41,357 nucleotides of DNA from NCBI RefSeq assembly GCF_006345805.1, contig NW_021835282.1, positions 1-41,357 on the forward strand, in the 5' to 3' direction. Both the position numbers and the translations under genes were made by a program. Each line of letters begins with the position of its first letter. Position 1 is the first letter of the stretch. This document shows, piece by piece, positions 37,872 through 41,357 of this stretch. The stretch comes from Octopus sinensis. Lineage: Eukaryota. The notes beneath the pieces are model-generated. The model was not told the DNA's origin and made no database searches. It saw only the letters and a list, made by a program, of their open reading frames with translations.

Positions 37872-38477
37872 TATAAGTGCAGGCGTGGCTATGTGGTAAG
37901 TAGCTTGTTTACCAGCCACATGGTTCCGGGATCAGTCCCACTGCATGGCACCTTGGTCAAGTGTCTTCTACTATAGCCTCCGGCCGACTAAAGCCTTGTG
38001 AGTGGATTTGATAGGCAGAAGCTGAAAGAAACCCGGCGCGTTGTGTGTGTGTGTGTGTGTGTGTGTTTTGAGTATCCCTTATGTTCACCGACTACAACCA
38101 AAAAATGCCAACTGGTAATACCAGTTTTGGTGGGTTGCACAGAGCATTGTTGATATAATGTAGGATAAATATAATAATAACAATAACAAACCATGGACAG
38201 AATTTATATGTATTTTAACGCATTACTACGAAGTAATTAGTGCATGAACATGATCTGCCATGATCGCGTAGCAATGCAATAAAATATTTATAAATTCCAT
38301 CAAAGGATTATTATTGTTATTACTATTGGGTTGTCCGGAAAGTTCGTGCCGATTTATAGCAGCTTACCTTTCGACTTATTTTAGAACATGGTTGAGTTCA
38401 TAAAATAGGATTTGACTACACCTCACTTTAGAGCATAGTTTAAGCTATCTTTTCGTGGAAGAACGTTTATGTTCCTA
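37872..38477 (+). repeat. Direct duplication of 3075-3701 (SINE half, unique DNA, mariner left TIR)
   Basis: Colinear with scattered substitutions and a 24-bp deletion relative to 3075-3701. Confidence 0.93.
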
Positions 38478-38839
38478 CTAGCAGTATCGCCCGGCGTTGC
38501 TCAGGTTTGTAAGGGAAATAACTATAAAGCATTTTTAGAGAGTTATAGCCAAAAAATAGCAAAAAAATGGAAAAAAAATTATGGTAAATTTTTTTGAGTT
38601 AAAATGGGTCGAGTTGCGTCCCCTAGACAGTCTGTGGTTTGTGTTTCTGATTCTCGACCCCATGTCGAATTTATCGATTTTTTTCAGAACTGGGGGAACT
38701 TTTCAAAATTTTCGCTGCGTTAGTTTTGAATATGACATTGGGCTATGTGTGTGTCAAGTTTCATCAGAATCGGTTGAAACCGTGGTCAGGGTGAGGGTAC
38801 AACCAAACAGACACACAGAAACACACAACAAACTGCCGT

Positions 38840-38890
<51 letters not shown>
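38478..38890 (-). mobile_element. Non-autonomous Helitron sharing its 3' end with 36701-37093
   Basis: a|ctagcagtatcgcccggcgttgctcagg; first ~120 bp match 36701 onward, then diverge; 5' end lost in (TA)n or located at 38972. Confidence 0.75.
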
Positions 38891-38892
<2 letters not shown>

Positions 38893-40436
38893 TATATATA
38901 TAAATACATACATACATACATACATACTACATACATACATCAATACACACGTTTCATTATTATATTAGGAGATAAGTGCGTGTGTGTGTGTGGTGTGTGT
39001 GTGAAAAGGGGGCATCTGTCTCCAAAATTTCAAATTTGAGTAACGTTTTCATGCTTGGATTTGTAAATTACGATAAGAATAACACTGGTAAACCAAAGAA
39101 TTTTTCCCAAGAAAAAGAATACCTGTATCGTATGTTTTTGCATGCAGAATTCAAAAATAATGTTGAATTATCTGTATCACCCCTAGTTTCTCTGTTCCAC
39201 AATTCTTGTTACGTGGACTAAATTTCAGTTAAGCTGTTGAAATGTGAAGCTAACGGTTTAAGAAATACTCCTAATTTAAATGTTTATGAATAGAATTAAC
39301 CAAGTGAAATCATAAATCCAGCTGAGTCAATGAGTCCTTGAAGCTTGGAAATACTGAGTCGATGACTCACTGATGCTTTGTCAGTACTGTGCTTTAAGTG
39401 TAGGTCTGCTGTTGTTTACTAAGTTCAAATATTCCATTTACCTTCATAATACCAAGAAACTGCATAAATATCACAAACAACATTTGCTAAATGTGAAAAA
39501 TATGTAAGATATTAAAACAATTGACGAAAAATATCTATAGATAAAATTCTAAATGATAAATATATTTTTTATGAAAACAAAACACGCTGGTGAAGTAAAT
39601 CTCATGTTGTGAAAAATCAACAGAACATGCGGGTGAAGTGAAACACAACACAACGTGCGGTTGTCATTGGTAACAAGACATTAATGCCTTACCGTTTGTT
39701 GATTGGCCAAAATTACCCAAATTTCCCAACTTTAATTCCAAATAACATCAGATTCTTTAATTTACGAGACAATGTAGTTGGTCGATCGTAATCAAAATTC
39801 AGAGTTGCATCGATACACCAAAATTGAAAGCACTCTGAGTAAACTTAAAGGGGGCTCATTCTGCGAATGGAACAAACTAGATCCGTTGAGTGCGCCTCAC
39901 TCAGCACCAGATTCAGAAAGTTGCATCATTTAAACTGATGTCATTTTTGTATGTTATTCTTCTTGGGTGGAATTGATAGAACTGAGAGGATGTATACTCA
40001 ACGAAGAGACTTTATTTCTCTATATTGACAATGATATAATATAGATAATGTTATCTAATATAAATAACAATGAACGTCTATAATATTGAATATTTAATAA
40101 CATTAAACGTCCGATTCAATCCAAGATAATGAGTAATTGCTTTTATTTTCTTCCCATACGACCATTATTGCAAATTAAGGTTTCGCTTGATACTGTATAA
40201 TTAACTAGTTAGCAAATAAAATTGTTATTAATATGGACACAGTTGAGTAATTTTCTCATTAATAAACTATAATGTTTTCTATCATTAATGTATTTATATT
40301 CGTTCTGGTAGATCCAATTTTTTGTCTAGCGTGGCACATGCGAGAAAGTCATGTTGATATCTGTATATGTGTATGTGTGTGTGTGTGTGTCTTTATTCTT
40401 TATGTATATATGTGTGTGTCTATGTATGTATATATG

Positions 40437-40474
<38 letters not shown>

Positions 40475-40835
40475 AAGCTAGGCTTTTTGAGTGAGATTTA
40501 CCCCCCACGAAATAACCCAAGTGTGAGAGAAATGAAATAAAGCGTAGTAGCAACAGTCCTTGGACGGTAGAAAAAAATATTGAAACAGTAAGACAAAAAC
40601 AGCCACGAGAGAGAAAGAAATACTGGAAATTGTCGAAGATAAACAAACAGGTCATAGAGAGAGAGAGAAAGAGAGAGAGTGTGTGTGCGTGTATGCGTGT
40701 GTGCATCTGCGCGAGTATGTGTTTGAAGTGAGAAACTGTGATAGCGGCAGCAGCAAGCGAAAATGAGTATAAGTAAAATTAGCAAAAGATAAATTTAGCA
40801 GCATCTATAACAGAAAGAATTAGCGAAAAACTTAC

Positions 40836-40897
40836 CTATTCCGATATGTAGGAAAGATTTTGAGTAAATAATTATTGAATCCTGATATATTATTCAT
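40836..40897 (-). CDS. Candidate first coding exon of an unknown minus-strand host gene
   Basis: ATG at 40897 open for 20 codons (MNNISGFNNYLLKIFPTYRN) into a consensus donor AG|GTAAGT at 40836/40835; non-repetitive sequence upstream; no homology recognised. Confidence 0.25.
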
Positions 40898-41357
40898 GAT
40901 TTCTCCATGTTTTTTAGAAATTAAACGTTAAACTTTTTATAGTTTCTTCGGAAAACTGGCGATTTTCGTAAGGAACATTATCAGAACGAACTTCTTCACT
41001 GATGCTGTTGTTACGACTGTATGAGAGCCACCATTAACAAAACAGCGCTGATGTTACAACTAGCAGTCTCCAACTGTTGCTGTTCTCTTTGTTAGCGATA
41101 ACAATATCCTTACTGCACCCATCACCATCGAGTCACTTTACAATGTACACTGCCAAATCTGGTAGAAAATCTCTCTTGTGACGACTGCTACCATCAAATG
41201 AAAGACAACGGATATCTGCTGCTAATGAAGCCATGCATAGATGTTATCATTCGTCTAGTTTTAAGGCAGATGTAGATGGAAGAAGTAGTTAGGAATATCA
41301 GAGCCAAACCAAATATTCTACAGAGTAACAAGAAGGAAATAGCCACGCCCACATACT

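Noticed and set aside
39000-39900. Possible DNA-transposon ends
   Set aside because: No TIR pair, TSD or coding trace could be established by eye

Overview
AT-rich, microsatellite-dense eukaryotic DNA. The SINE, RTE and Penelope-like repeat set looks like an octopus (coleoid cephalopod) genome; this is recognition from memory, not a database result. No complete host protein-coding gene is visible, and most listed ORFs are translations of (TA)n, (CA)n or (TACA)n tracts. The window is a nested transposon landscape: about 20 tRNA-derived SINE copies from several families, decayed RTE, CR1 and L1/Tx1 LINE pieces, two mariners, other Tc1/mariner remnants, and a Helitron cluster at 35-39 kb. A candidate first exon of a minus-strand gene lies at the right edge, which would make the window intronic. 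The most notable signal is about ten minimal type I hammerhead-ribozyme-like motifs in short Penelope/retrozyme-like repeats next to (TA)n tracts. Several sit in long head-to-head palindromes. The two near-perfect palindromes (5437-5770, 20191-20473) each have one arm with a canonical core, one arm with a broken core, and a 12-nt direct repeat at the centre. Also notable are a loop-less 261-bp palindrome, a perfect 116-bp inverted repeat carrying CCAAT/CRE/TATA motifs, and a ~610-bp duplication bounded exactly by Helitron ends.
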